Part shown: positions 24,841 through 37,049 of the stretch, in pieces
Layout: each line of letters starts with the position of its first letter
Numbering within the stretch: the stretch's first letter is position 1
Assembly (NCBI RefSeq): GCF_963921235.1
Contig: NC_086098.1
Location: forward strand, 2,914,001-2,978,000
Reading direction: 5' to 3'
DNA: 64,000 bases
DNA from: Mobula hypostoma
Taxonomy: Eukaryota
The notes under the pieces: generated by a model
Databases searched by the model: none
Seen by the model: only the letters and a program-made list of their open reading frames with translations
What the model was told of the DNA's origin: nothing
Translations under genes and position numbers: made by a program

Positions 24841-25475
24841 GGAGGAGAAGATGGCAGTGCGACGCAGCGCGCGTAGCTCTCCGGTGAAATGATCTTGTAT
24901 CTGTTAAATAGGGGCCGTGGACAATTCTGATTTGATGGAGACAGACGTGAAAGCACAGAGGAACACCTGGAGAAATTTCTGAAATGCTGGTTCACTGCCA
25001 CTGTTACTGCGCGATCGAGAATCTTCCGGAGGGTAGGCCCCAAAATCCCCGGCTTTGCCTGCTGCTGGCAACCGAGACTGAGGTCAAAGCGTTCGGATAG
25101 ACATGGTGCTCGGTACTTGGTGTCGGAGGGCTGATCAGAGCTCGAAGTTTTCGGACGACTCAGAGTCGGACTGTGGTCGGGCATGGCAGAGAGAGTTTTC
25201 TTCCTTCTCCTGTCTGCATGAGATGTGGGACTTCCGAGAGACTTTGAACTTTTTACTGTTAACTGTGCCATGGCCTGTTCTTCATCAAGTTATGGTATTG
25301 TTGCACTGTTGTAACTGTATGTTATAATTATGTGGTTTTTGTTAGTTTTTCAGTCTTGGTCTGTCCTGTGTTTCTGTGATATCACACCGGAGGAATATTG
25401 AATCATTTCTTAATGCATGCATTACTAAATGACAATAAAAGAGGACTGCGTGTCCTCATAATCTAATCTAATCTA
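24841..25475 (+). mobile_element. Full-length-like copy of the non-coding retroposon family, sister subfamily
   Basis: GGAGAAGATGGCAGTGCGACGCAGC..CTCTCCGGTGA head; (AATCT)3 tail. Confidence 0.82.
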
Positions 25476-25947
25476 ATAATTTTAAATACCTCTATCAAGT
25501 CTCCCCTCAACCTTCTACGTTCCAAAGAATAAAGACCCAACTTGTTCAACCTTTCTTTGTAACTTAGGTGATGAAACCCAGGTAAAATTCTAGTAAATCT
25601 TCTCTGTACTCTCTCTATTTTGTTGACATCTTTCCTATAATTCGGTGACCAAAACTGTACACAATACTCCAAATTTGGCCTCACCAATGCCTTGTACAGA
25701 GGTGATGTCAGGGGTAAGTTTTTCACACAGGGAGTGGTGGGTGCGTGGAATGCACTGCCAGCAGTGGTGGTGGAAGCGGATACAATAGGGTTTTTTAAGA
25801 GCCTCTTAGCTAGATACATGGAGCTTAGAAAAATAGAGGGCTATGCGCTAGGGAAATTCTAGGCAGTTTCTAGAGTAAGTTACATGGTTGGCACAATATT
25901 GTGGGCCGAAGGGCCTGTAATGTGCTGTAGATTTCTATGTTCTATGT
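25476..25947. mobile_element. Two CR1 pieces in opposite orientation (25476-25697 -, 25694-25947 +)
   Basis: Minus LYKALVRPNLEYC..EVFKII; plus YRGDVRGKFFTQGVV..3' UTR; overlap at GTACA. Confidence 0.88.
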
Positions 25948-26096
25948 TAATTGGTCAATGTAAATTGTCCTGCGATTAGACTACGGTTAAAGAGGGGGTT
26001 TGCTGGGCAGTGTGCGGATCGACGGGCCTGTTCTGCTGTATTTATTTCCACACTGCTTTACACTTCGTTTAACTATTCAGAATGAGGAAGAGAGAT

Positions 26097-26274
26097 CAAA
26101 GTTGCTGGTGAACGCAGCAGGCCAGGCAGCATCTCTAGGGAGAGGTACAGTCGACGTCTCGGCCCGAAACATCGACTGTACCTCTTCCTAGAGATGCTGC
26201 CTGGCCTGCTGCGTTCACCAGCAACCTTGATGTGTGTTGCTTGAAATTCCAGCATCTGCAGAATTCCTCGTGTT
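26097..26274. mobile_element. Palindromic PLE terminal-repeat insertion
   Basis: ~63-bp inverted arms (~26095-26157 and 26169-26231); 14-bp TSD TGAGGAAGAGAGAT at 26083-26096 and 26275-26288. Confidence 0.9.
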
Positions 26275-26589
26275 TGAGGAAGAGAGATGGTGGTTTGGGA
26301 TATTTCAGGGCCAGCTTCTATGAGTTAAAATGTGCTCTATCAGGAAATGTGAAGTTGATCAGAACACTGTGACCACAATTCATTTTCTTGACTTACACAG
26401 ATCATGCCACTACTGAACCTTTGCTTGAGTAGAACATTTAAAGATACACTTAAATTAATAAAAAGACAGAAACAAATCACATTAAGACAAATAATTACTC
26501 TTTAATGGAACTGCAAGTTCATTCATACTCATAGCTGGTTAATTTATTATTTCACTTAATCTTGCTCTGAAACCCATGAATGCTATGTA

Positions 26590-26800
26590 CTATTCCCAAA
26601 TGGCCTCCTCTATCCATCATAAATTGGGGGATGACTTCGTCGAACACCTCCACTCTTCCCACCACAAGCGGGTCTTCCTGGGGGCCGATTATTTTAATTC
26701 CCATTCCTGTTCTGACGTGTCTTGGCCTGAAATGTCCACTATTTATTCAGTTCCATAGACACTGCCTGACCAGCTGAGTTCCTCCAGCATTTTGTGTTTG
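26590..26800 (+). mobile_element. Internally deleted old PLE fragment
   Basis: LGDDFVEHLHS..ADYFNSHSCSD (GIY-YIG remnant) fused to terminal repeat GGCCTGAAATGTC. Confidence 0.75.
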
Positions 26801-27020
26801 TTCTCACTATTTCTTTTTTATGTGCTTGAGCAAGGATTCCGAACCTGGGATCTATGGACACTTTGCTTAACGGTAGGGGTCCATGGCAAAACAAAGATTG
26901 GGAACCCCCTGTACTGGAACATAGAACACAGGCCTTCATCCCACAGTGTAGTTCCAACCTTTAACATACTGAAGGACAATCTAACCCTTCCCTCCTGCCT
27001 ATTTAATTTATAGTCATTTT

Positions 27021-27778
27021 ATGTATTATCTGAATGGTGGCCGATTAGGAAAAGGGGAGGTGCAAGGAGACCCGGGTGTCGTTATACACCAGTCATTGAA
27101 AATGGGCATGCAGGTACAGCAGGCGGTGAAAAAGGCGAAGGGTATGCTGGCATTTATAGCGAGAGGATTCGAGTACAGGAGCAGGGAGGTACTACTGCAG
27201 TTGTACAAGGCCTTGGTGAGACCACACCTGGAGTATTGTGTGCAGTTTTGGTCCCCTAATCTGAGGAAAGACATCCTTGCCATAGAGGGAGTACAAAGAA
27301 GGTTCACCAGCTTGATTCCTGGGATGGCAGGACTTTCATATGATGAAAGACTGGATCGACTAGGCTTATGCTCGTTGGAATTTAGAAGATTGAGGGGGGA
27401 TCTTACTGAAACGTATAAAATCCTAAAGGGATTGGACAGACTAGATACAGGAAGATTGTTCCCGATGTTGGGGAAGTCCAGAACGAGGGGTCACAGTTTG
27501 AGGATAAAGGGGAGGCCTTTTAGGACCGAGATTAGGAAAAACTTCTTCACACAGAGAGTGGTGAATCTGTGGAATTCTCTGGCCAGTTCATTGGCTATAT
27601 TTAAGAGGGAGTTAGATATGGCCCTTGTGGCTAAAGGGATCAGAGGATATGGAGGGAAGGCTGGTACAGGGTTCTGAGTTGGATGATCAGCCATGATCAT
27701 ACTGAATGGCAGTGCAGGCTCAAAGGGCCGAATGGCCTACTCCTGCACCTATTTTCTATGTTTCTATGTTTCTATGTA
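27021..27778 (+). mobile_element. Young CR1 3' end with 218 open codons of ORF2 C-terminus
   Basis: YYLNG..LYKALVRPHLEYCVQFWSP..RTRGHSL..KNFFTQRVVNLWNSL; (TTTCTATG)3 tail. Confidence 0.95.
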
Positions 27779-27819
27779 TTTACTCCACTGCTGCTGCAAA
27801 AGAATGAAATTCATATATG

Positions 27820-29380
27820 ATATCATATACGCCTTCTATGCCCGCTTTGAAAGGGAGAATATAACTGCAACTGTGAAGATCCCTGCTGCACCCGGTAACC
27901 CTGTGATCTCGTTCTCAAAGGCTGCCTTAAAAGAGGGTGAACCTCTCTCGGCAGAAGGCCCCAAAGGAGTACCTGGTAAGGCTCTGAAAACCTGTGTCAA
28001 CCAATTGGCAGGAATATTCAAGGACATTTTCAACCTCTCACTGCTATGGGCAGAAGTTCCTGCTTCCTTCAAAAAGGCAACAATTATGCCAGCGCCTAAG
28101 AAGAATTATGTGAGCTGTCTTAATACATATTGCCCAGTAGCACTCATATCTACAGTGATGAAATGCTTTGAGAGGTTGGTCATGACTAGACTGAACTCCT
28201 GTCTCACAAGGACCTGGACCCACTGCAATTTGCCTATCGCCACAATAGGTCAGTGACGGACACAATCTCAATGGCTATTCAAATGGGCTTAGACAACCTG
28301 GACAATACAAACACTTATGTCAGAATGCTATTCATCGTCTATAGCTTAGCATTTAACACCATCATCCTGATTGATAAGTTACAGAACCTGGGCCTCTGTA
28401 CCTCCCTCTGCAATTGGATCCTTGACGTCCTAACCAGAAGACCACAATCTATGTGGATTTGTGATAATATCTCCTCCTCACTGACGATCAACACTGGCGC
28501 ACCTTAGGGGTATGTGTTTAGCCCACTGCTCTACTCTCTCTATACCCATGACTGTGTGGCTAGGCACAGTTCAAATACCATCTATAAATTTGCTAATGCT
28601 GTTGGTAGAATCTCAGATGGAGATAAAAGAGCATACAGGAGTGAGATATACCAACTCGTGGAGTGGTGTCGTAATACAACCTTACATTCAATGTCAGTAA
28701 GATGAAAGAGCTGATTGTGAACTTCAGGAAGGGTAATACAAAGGAACACATACCAATCCTCATAGAGGGGGTCAGAAGTGGAGAGAGTGAGCAGTTTCAA
28801 GTTCCTGGGTGTCAAGATCTCTGAGGACCTAACCTGGGCCCAACATATCAATGCAGTTATAAAGAAGGTAAGACAGCGACTATACTTCATTAGGAGTTTG
28901 AAGCCATTTGGCATATCAACAAATACACTCAAAAACTTCTATAGTTGTACCATGGAGAGCATTCTGACAGGCTGCATCACTGTCTGGTATGGGGGAGGGG
29001 GTTGCTACTGCACAGGACTGAAAGAAGCTGCAGGGGGTTGTAAATTTAGTCAGCTCCATCTTGGGTATGAGCCTACAAATTACCCAGGACATTGTCAGGG
29101 AGCGGTGTCTCAGAAAGGCAGCATCCATTATTAAGGACCCCCAGCACCCAGGACATGCCCTTTTCTCACTGTTATCATCAGGAGGGAGATACAGAAGCCT
29201 GAAGCCACACATTCAGTGATTCAGGAACAGCTTCTTCCCCTCTGCCATCCAATTTCTAAATGGACATTGAATCCTTGGACACTACCTCACTTTTTTAATA
29301 TATATTATTTCTGTTTATTGCTAACTTAGCAAATTTCACAACACATGCCAGTGTTAATAAACCTGATTCTGATTCTGATA
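27820..29380 (+). mobile_element. Rex1/Babar LINE, RT to 3' end, frameshifted
   Basis: QLAGIFKDIFNLSL..PVALISTVMKCFERLV, YVRMLF, TGAP*G..SPLLYSLYTHDC, RQRLYFIRSLK; (CTGATT) tail. Confidence 0.92.
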
Positions 29381-30049
29381 TCGTATACGATAGCGATAAT
29401 TGACTTGATTCTGGTTATCTCCCATCTATATTGTTTTCTTTTGCTCCCTCTCTTTTCATTTTCTCTTGGCATTTATGATGGAGGTGTGGTTCCACAAGAT
29501 GTGACTGTCCAACATGGCATCCAAGTGACGTTTCTATGTGCGAGCGAGACAATGAGCCTAATTAACAGTGTGTACCATCAAACCACTTCTTTCCCCCCCC
29601 CCACCCCCGTTTCACCCCTTTTGGTCCCTGGGATAGTCAGAGCAGTTTTAATGGTCTCCACTGATCAAAAGTCACCTGACAAGTCATCAATCAAATTGAG
29701 TACAGGGTATCAGGGTGAGGGGCACACTTATTTTTTTGCACTCAGTTCTCTAGGTTCTCCACAGCTGAACATTGTATCCTTTGACACTAATTCCATTGTA
29801 CTATATCATTTCCACTGCCTTCGGTGCCTTGGTGACTCAACTAACAGTCTAGTTGGACCATAAGATAGAGCATCAGTGTTCAGCCTACTGAGTTGCTCCG
29901 TTACTCCATCGTGGCTGATTTATTATCCCTCTCAACCCCACTCTCCTGCCTTCTCCATTTAACCTTTGATGCCCTGATCCACAAACACTCCCTTGGATTC
30001 ATCCCAGCCTATTCTTTCCCGGTCTCTGGTCTTCAGTAAGGTGTTGGTC

Positions 30050-30825
30050 CATAGAACCATAGAACCATAGAAACTACAGCACAGAAAGAGGCCTTTTGGC
30101 CCTTCTTGGCTGTGCCGATCTATTTTCTGCCTAGTCCCACTGACCTCCACACGGACCACATCCCTCCATACACCTCCCATCCATGTATCTGTCCAATTTA
30201 TTCTTAAATGTTAAAAAAGAACCCGCATTTACCACCTCGTCTGGCAGCTCATTCCATACTCCCACCACTCTCTGTGTGAAGAAGCCCCCCCTAATGTTCC
30301 CTTTAAACTTTTCCCCCCTCACCCTTAACCCATGTCCTATGGTTTTTTTCTCCCCTTGCCTCAGTGGAAAAAGCCTGCTTGCATTCACTCTATCTATACC
30401 CATCATAATTTTATATACCTCTATCAAATCTCCCCTCAATCTTCTACGCTCCAGGGAATAAAGTCCTAACCTATTCAACCTTTCTCTGTAACTGAGTTTC
30501 TCAAGTCCTGGCAGCATCCTTGTAAACCTTCTCTGCACTCTTTCAACCTTATTTATATCCTTCCTGTAATTTGGTGACCAAAACTGAACACAATACTCCA
30601 GATTCGGCCTCACCAATGCCTTATACAACCTCATCATAACATTCTAGCTCTTATACTCAATACTTTGATTAATAAAGGCCAATGTACAAAAAGCTCTCTT
30701 TACGACCCTATCTACCTGTGACGTCACTTTTAGGGAATTTTGTATCTGTATTCCCAGATCCCTCTGTTCCACTGCACTCCTCAGTGCCTTACCATTAACC
30801 CTGTATGTTCTACCTTGGTTTGTCC
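30050..30825 (-). mobile_element. Young CR1 3' end
   Basis: 168-aa open ORF2 C-terminus; (CATAGAAC)3 tail. Confidence 0.95.
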
Positions 30826-30833
30826 ATAGCATG

Positions 30834-31256
30834 AAGGCAAGAGATGCTTCAAATGCTGAAATTCCAGGGCAGCACACACAAAATGCTGGAGGAACTCAGC
30901 AGGTCAGGCAGCATCTATTGATTTTGTTGGTGTTCCTCTCTGTGCTATGTGGCGCATCGGACAGAAACCGTGTCATTTCTTTAGCATTTTGTCTGCTTTA
31001 TATGAGGCTGAGTTGCTAGCTTGACACTCAACCCGGCACAGATGGAAAACATTCAAGGAACTGGCTGGGTTCTAACCTGGGACCATTCACCTCGAAATCT
31101 GGTGCAATGCTATTATACCACCAGCTGCACGGCAGCTTCTATGGAGAGAAATAAACAGTCCACCTGCTGCAGGCTCTCATCCCAAAATGTCAGCTCTTTA
31201 TTCCTCTACATAAATGCTGCCTGTTGAGTTCGTCCAGTATTTAGGATGCAATTCTC
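30834..31256. mobile_element. Old PLE terminal-repeat palindrome containing a SINE
   Basis: Arms AAATGCTGGAGGAACTCAGC / GTTGAGTTCGTCCAGTATTT; 13-bp direct repeat TGTCCATAGCATG at 30821-30833 and 31257-31269. Confidence 0.72.
30919..31130 (-). mobile_element. tRNA-headed SINE, third family
   Basis: Minus head GCTGGTGGTATAATAGC..GGTCCCAGGTTAGAACCC; TSD GGCAGCWTCTAT at 30907-30918 and 31131-31142. Confidence 0.7.
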
Positions 31257-31314
31257 TGTCCATAGCATGGATTAGGGTGTCAATGTGGTGGGAAAGTATG
31301 GTTGCAATCCCACT

Positions 31315-31452
31315 TGTCCTGATGAAAGGTCTCAGCCCAAAACGTCAATTGTTTATTCATTTCCATGGATGCTGCCTGCCCTGCTGAGTTCCTCCAGCAT
31401 TTTGTGTGTGTTTCTCTGGATTGCCAGCATCTGCAGAATCTCTTGTCTTTAT
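31315..31452 (+). mobile_element. PLE terminal repeat with degenerate hammerhead
   Basis: GTC-CTGATGA-AAGGTCTCAGCCC-AAAAC-GTC (G12 to A). Confidence 0.75.
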
Positions 31453-32179
31453 GAATTCCACTTACAGTTGTTGGTGGACTAATGCTAAACTTCACGTTTT
31501 GTGTGTGTGAGTTACACGTACTGTGTTCCGGATTGTTTCATTTGGCGGTGTAGGGCTGAATGACAATAAAGGTGAACTTGAACTTCCTTCTAATCCATTC
31601 AATGCAACAATTTCATGGCATCAAAAAAAAATTGAAAACGGGAACTAAACAGCTGTAAAGTTTGCTGAAAACTTTTCTCCCATTTCAATAACAGCTTCTC
31701 TTTTGAAGACACTGTAATATTCTGCAGATTAGATAATTGAACAGAGAGCCAGTACTCTGTCGCAATGTTATTGCATGCGACTAATAGAGACTCTGTAAAT
31801 ATGACAAAGATCAAGTAACACTGATAGATAAAGTGCTGTCTTAATTGCATTTTGCCGATTTTCAAACCGTTGAAATATGATTTGAAAGGCAATGCTCCCC
31901 AAGCTGACGAGCAAAACGGCTGTTAATACCATTTAAAGGAACTTCTTTTTATGCTGGAACAGCTTTGCCTGAAGACCCTGTCACAAAGTGAGCATTCTTG
32001 ATTCATTTAAAATAAACTTATTTTTATCTTGGTTGAGCTGAAGCTCAGGCAGAGAATAAATGTGTTTGTCAGTGTTATGATGTTTCAATAATAAAAAAAA
32101 ACAAATACAAGTTCCCAAAGCAAACCCAAAATTGGGATTCTGATCTCACGGGTAAACTGCAGAGGCAATCTTATAAGTC

Positions 32180-34105
32180 AAAGTCAAAGTACATCTATTA
32201 TCAAAGTATTTATACTTTTTGTCACCATATGCTACCTTCAGGTTTATTTTCTTACAGACATTTTACAAGAAAATAAAGAAATACTGCACCATTTATGACA
32301 AAAATTATACATAAACAAAGACTGATGAACAACCAATGTGCAAAAGAAGTCAAACTGTGCAAACAAAAAACAATACTGAGAACATGAGTTTTTGAGTCCT
32401 TGAAAATGAGTCCTTGTAGAATCAGTTCAGTGTTGAAGTTATCTATGCCAGTTCTGGAGCCTGATAGTTGTAGGGTAATAACTGTTCCTGAACCTGGAGG
32501 TGCAGGACCTTAGGCTTCGACCTTCGCTACCAACCTTTGGACTAGCCAATGACAGGACCCCAGACTCCAGCCTTGAACATTGCCATTATACTACGTGGCG
32601 ACACTTACGAGCTACTCCCACCGCAGCCCTCGGTTGTGTTTATTGTGAACACGTGAAGCTTTTCACTCTATGTTTCAATGCACATGTATGAAATAAATCC
32701 GAACCTCTGGGGAAAGAGCAGATGCCAAAATGTGTTGAAAGAGGTTGCCTTGACCAAAGGACGTATCTCCAAATGAACTGCTATACCCACAAATTCAGAT
32801 GAGAAGGGAAACAAAGAACAGAACCTAATTTCCGAACTCGGTTGGATAGACTGAACTTTTCCTTCCCCAGGTTGAACCGTTTCTGTTTAACGGGATCAAA
32901 ATGGAGGGTTGGGTATGCTTGGCACTTAACATGGATACACCACATGGTTTGTATCCGGTCTGTAATTAATGTGCCGTAATTTAAAGATTAGTTTTACCTC
33001 TCACATGTACATCGAAACACACAGTGACATGGACCATTTTGCGTCAATGACCAATACAGTCCGAGGTTATGCTGGGGGGGAGGGGGGACAGCCCACAAGA
33101 TTCACCATCTTTCCAGTGCCAAGTGAGTATGCCCACAGTTCACTAACCCTAACTTGAATGTCTGTGGAACGTGGGAGGAAACTGGAGGACTTCGAGGAAT
33201 CCCAAGCGGTAATGGGGAGAACATACAAACTCCTTATAGAGAGGACCCGGGTTGCTGGTGGTGTAGAGGTAGAGCATCACACTAACCACTACATTACCAT
33301 GTTTTACACAACGACAGAAACATCAGCTCTGGTGAACCATGTAGCATGAAATAAATGCCTTCAGGGCAAGAGGGGAAACAGAAATTCTGAATGATGTGAT
33401 AGAAAAAGTCTACCATCTCTAATCAAAGCTGAAACATAGATACAACAAGGAGGAGAGAAGAGTAAATTAACTTTCCCTCCATCTCTATCCTGACTCATGT
33501 ATAGGTCAGTTCTGAACAGGGTGAATGGACAACAAACAGCAGATGCTATATATCTGCATACTTAAATCTACAAAACCTCATACTGCAGAGTGATACATTT
33601 AGAGATGTCTCACTCATGTCTACCTCACTTCAGCAGCAATACTGACTATAGTTTATTTATAAACTGCTTATGGCAAACTCTGAATGTTTCATGATCAGCA
33701 TTGGAAATACCTTCTAGTAAATTATTTAAAATGCCTCTTGTTGTCATTTCTCTCCAGGTCTCTGGATATAAATACTGTAGACAGTACATCCATCAACCTG
33801 TTGAAGAACAACAGGCACCAACATAGCATACAAAACTGACTAAAACTAACTGGTACTGTATGTTTTTGGACGACCGTGGGAGGAAACGGGAACACATGGA
33901 GGAAACCTACACAGTCACAGCAGAACCTGCAAACTCCTTACAGACAGTGGCAGAACTGAACCCTGTAACAGTGTTACACTAACCGTTACACTACCACGGG
34001 GAGAACATTACAGACAGTGAGAGCATTGAACCCGGGGGGCTGGTGCTGTAATAGTGTGATGCCACGGTGAGGAGAATGTACAAACTCCTAACAGACAGTG
34101 GTGAA
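32180..34105 (-). repeat. Scattered Rex1 3' UTR (32180-32520) and SINE remnants (32570-32700, 32990-33300, 33780-34105)
   Basis: GTGGGAGGAAAC..ACAAACTCCTTACAGAC motif; (AAGTCA) tail. Confidence 0.6.
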
Positions 34106-34109
34106 GCCA

Positions 34110-34330
34110 AGATATATATATCTGTGCGCGTGCACGCACACACACATATACTCATATTTATATACTGTACATATAGATATAGATTTATATGCAGTATATA
34201 TTATATTTTACATATAGCTGTATATGTATGTGTGTGTGTGTGTGTGTGTATGTGTGTGTGTGTATATATATATGTTTATTTATATATGTGTATATAATAT
34301 ATTAGTAGATATTTATATATATTTACACAC
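34110..34330. repeat. Compound (TA)/(TG) microsatellite
   Basis: Directly visible. Confidence 0.95.
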
Positions 34331-35139
34331 AAAAGTAAAGCCAGAAAAGTCATATTCTGGTGAGTACATTGAACTCCCAAGGCAGCATTGTGTTGTTACT
34401 ACATGTTTACTGCCAAAAGAACACGTGTTTTTTTCCATATTATTTCATAAATCCCTTTCCTTGAACGCAGCATTATTTAGTGAGGCCTCATGCAAGGCTC
34501 ATGAATGATTTAGGATGCTTACGGCAGGAGAAGAAATAGGTCAGGTAAAAAAGAGACGGAGGATTTCAGCAAGCTCCGCTTATTACTTATGCATGATTAT
34601 GCATAATTTAGTCTGGTGCTGAATATGCAGGAGATGCATAATTGTTTACCAAAATATTTACTCAGCTGCATTTTTCCTTGCACTGAAAATAACTCGGTTT
34701 GACCATCACTGTCTAATCACTTGCTAAACATTTGAAAGATCTCTATCTGACCTATTTGGTGCCTGGTCTGATACAGAGGAAAACATAATTCTTCACTAGG
34801 AAATTAGACTCCATCATTCACGACTGTTGCTCCGAGTTGCCCGCCTCCCTTCTCTCTCTATCTCCGATATCTCCCGTGTGGGCGGCTGGTGGATCCTCTC
34901 AATAATAAATGATAACGCTTTGTAATCTGCCTTGGAGTGTTGGTACTATGTCACATTTCTGTCGCCTGTTGCAACGCAGAAAGGTAAAAGTTACATCTGC
35001 TACCTCCAGAGACATGGGGACCCACCTGAAATGTACTTTATTCAGTGCCTTGGGAGACAGCAGCAATGAATGCTATTTTTATGTGGCGGCAGATGGTGAT
35101 GTGTTTGTATGAATACCAATTATTTACTGGAAGAGCTGG

Positions 35140-35329
35140 ACCACCAGACTCAAAAGAGGACCACCAGACTCAAAAATAGATTCTTTTTCCAAGCAGTAAG
35201 GCTGATCAACACCTCCACTCACTAATCTGCCCCTCAATACTCCCTATCACCACTTCTTTATCATTTCCTGTCAGTCTCCTTATGTACAGACGCTCCTGTA
35301 CCTAGCATCACTTTATGCACATACAATCA

Positions 35330-35378
<49 letters not shown>

Positions 35379-36560
35379 CTATCTTATGTATTTATATTTA
35401 TTGTGTTTTTTAATTTTTTTGTGTTCTTTATCTTTTGTGGGTTTTTGTGCAGCATCAGATATGGAGTAACAATTATTTTGTTCTCTTTACTCTTGTGTAC
35501 TGGAAATGACATTACACAAACCTGAATCTTGAATCTTCAGTTCTCACTCCGTTCTATTCCTACTCAACTCCAGACTGACTTCTGCTAAGTGACATCAGAA
35601 ATGATGCCCTCACATCAGGTACCAATTCCCTGGCTTTCAAAGACGCTGCATTAACAACTTCATCGAACTGTCCTTGTCACAGGGTCAGCAGTGGAAAGGT
35701 GAGCAGTCTAAAGTTCTTGGGTGTCAACATCTCTGAAGATTTATCCTGGGCCCAACAATTTGATGCAATTACAAAGAAGGCAAGAAAGTAGCCATATTTC
35801 ATTAGAAGTTTGTGAAGACTATTAAGGTCAGCAAAGACTCTAGTGAATTTCTACAGATGTGCTGTGGAGGGAATCCTATCTGGTTGCATGACCGTCTAGT
35901 ATGGAGGAGCCACTGCACAGGATCAGAAGATCCTGCAGAGATTTGTAAACTCATCTGGGCTCCAACATGGGCACTAGCCTCCCCAGCATCCAGGACACCT
36001 TGAAAATGTGATGCCATGAAAAGGTGGCATCTACCATCTAGGACCCCTTCACTCAGGTCATGCCTTCTTCTCAATACTACCATCAGGATCAGGAGGTAAT
36101 GTTGCAACTCTATAGAACCCTGGTTAGACCACACTTGGAATATTGTGTTCAGTTCTGGTTGCCTCATAATCAGAAGGATGTGGAAGCTTAGAGAGGGTAC
36201 AGAGGAGATTTACCAGGATGCTGCCCGGATTAGAGAGCATTTCTAATAGGTTGAGCAAGCTTGGGCTTTAGAGTGAAGGAGGATACAGGGTGACATGATA
36301 GAGGTGTACAAGATTGTAAGAGTCATCGATCATGTGAATGGGGATAGACGTTTTCCCAGGGCGGAAATGGCTAAAACGATGCATAATTTTAAGATGACTG
36401 GATGCAAGTATAGTTGGGATGTCAGAGGTAAGTTATTTTACACAGAGACTGTGTATCACACTGCCAGCAGTGGTGGTCGAGGTAAATTCATTAGGGATAT
36501 TTAAGAGACTGGGTGAAAGGAAATGGAGAACTTTGTGGGAAGGAAGGGTTTGACTGATTT
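35140..36560 (+). repeat. Rex1 3' fragments (35140-35535, 35680-36085), (TA)n at 35333-35376 and CR1 3' fragment (36090-36560)
   Basis: FFFQAVRLIN; VSSLKFLGVNISEDLSW; LYRTLVRPHLEYC. Confidence 0.78.
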
Positions 36561-36739
36561 TACAATACAGCCCTTTCAGACCACAATGTGCTGGCCTACT
36601 CTAAGATCAATCTAACCCTTCCATCCTACATAGCCCTTAATTTTTCTATCACCCATTTGCATATGCAAGAGTTTTTGAATGTCCTTAACGTACCTGCCTC
36701 TACCACCACCCCGGAAGGGCATTCCATGCACCCACCCTG

Positions 36740-36900
36740 AGGCTGTCCATGGGTCAGGGTTAACCATGGATGTTGCATTTCAGCTGCCCACACAAGCCAG
36801 TGAGATATGGAGAGCAAGCTGTCACTCATGCAGCAGGAAGCTCAGCTCCTCCACACAGCTGATGAATCCAAAGGAAAGGCAGAGATTGACACAGTCAACA
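36740..36900 (+). mobile_element. Probable RTE-type 5' UTR/SINE fragment inserted in a CR1 tail
   Basis: GATATGGAGAGCAAGCTG..CAGCTGATGAATCCAAAGGAAAGGCAGAGA; family recognition from memory only. Confidence 0.45.
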
Positions 36901-37049
36901 TCCTGACGTTTTAGACAATAAGACATAGTAGACAATCTTGTCTGACAAACCTGTTGGAATTATTTGAGGAAATGACAATCAGGATAGACAAAGCAGAATC
37001 GATTGATGTTGTGCATTTGGATCTTCAGAAGACCATTGACAAAGTGTCA

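Noticed and set aside
29345..29863. 172-aa ORF
   Set aside because: Starts within a Rex1 tail, has no recognisable motif, and is low-complexity; likely chance.
35138..35175. Short tandem duplications (also 40397-40427, 24645-24680)
   Set aside because: Ordinary slippage or repair duplications, mostly within or next to decayed repeats.
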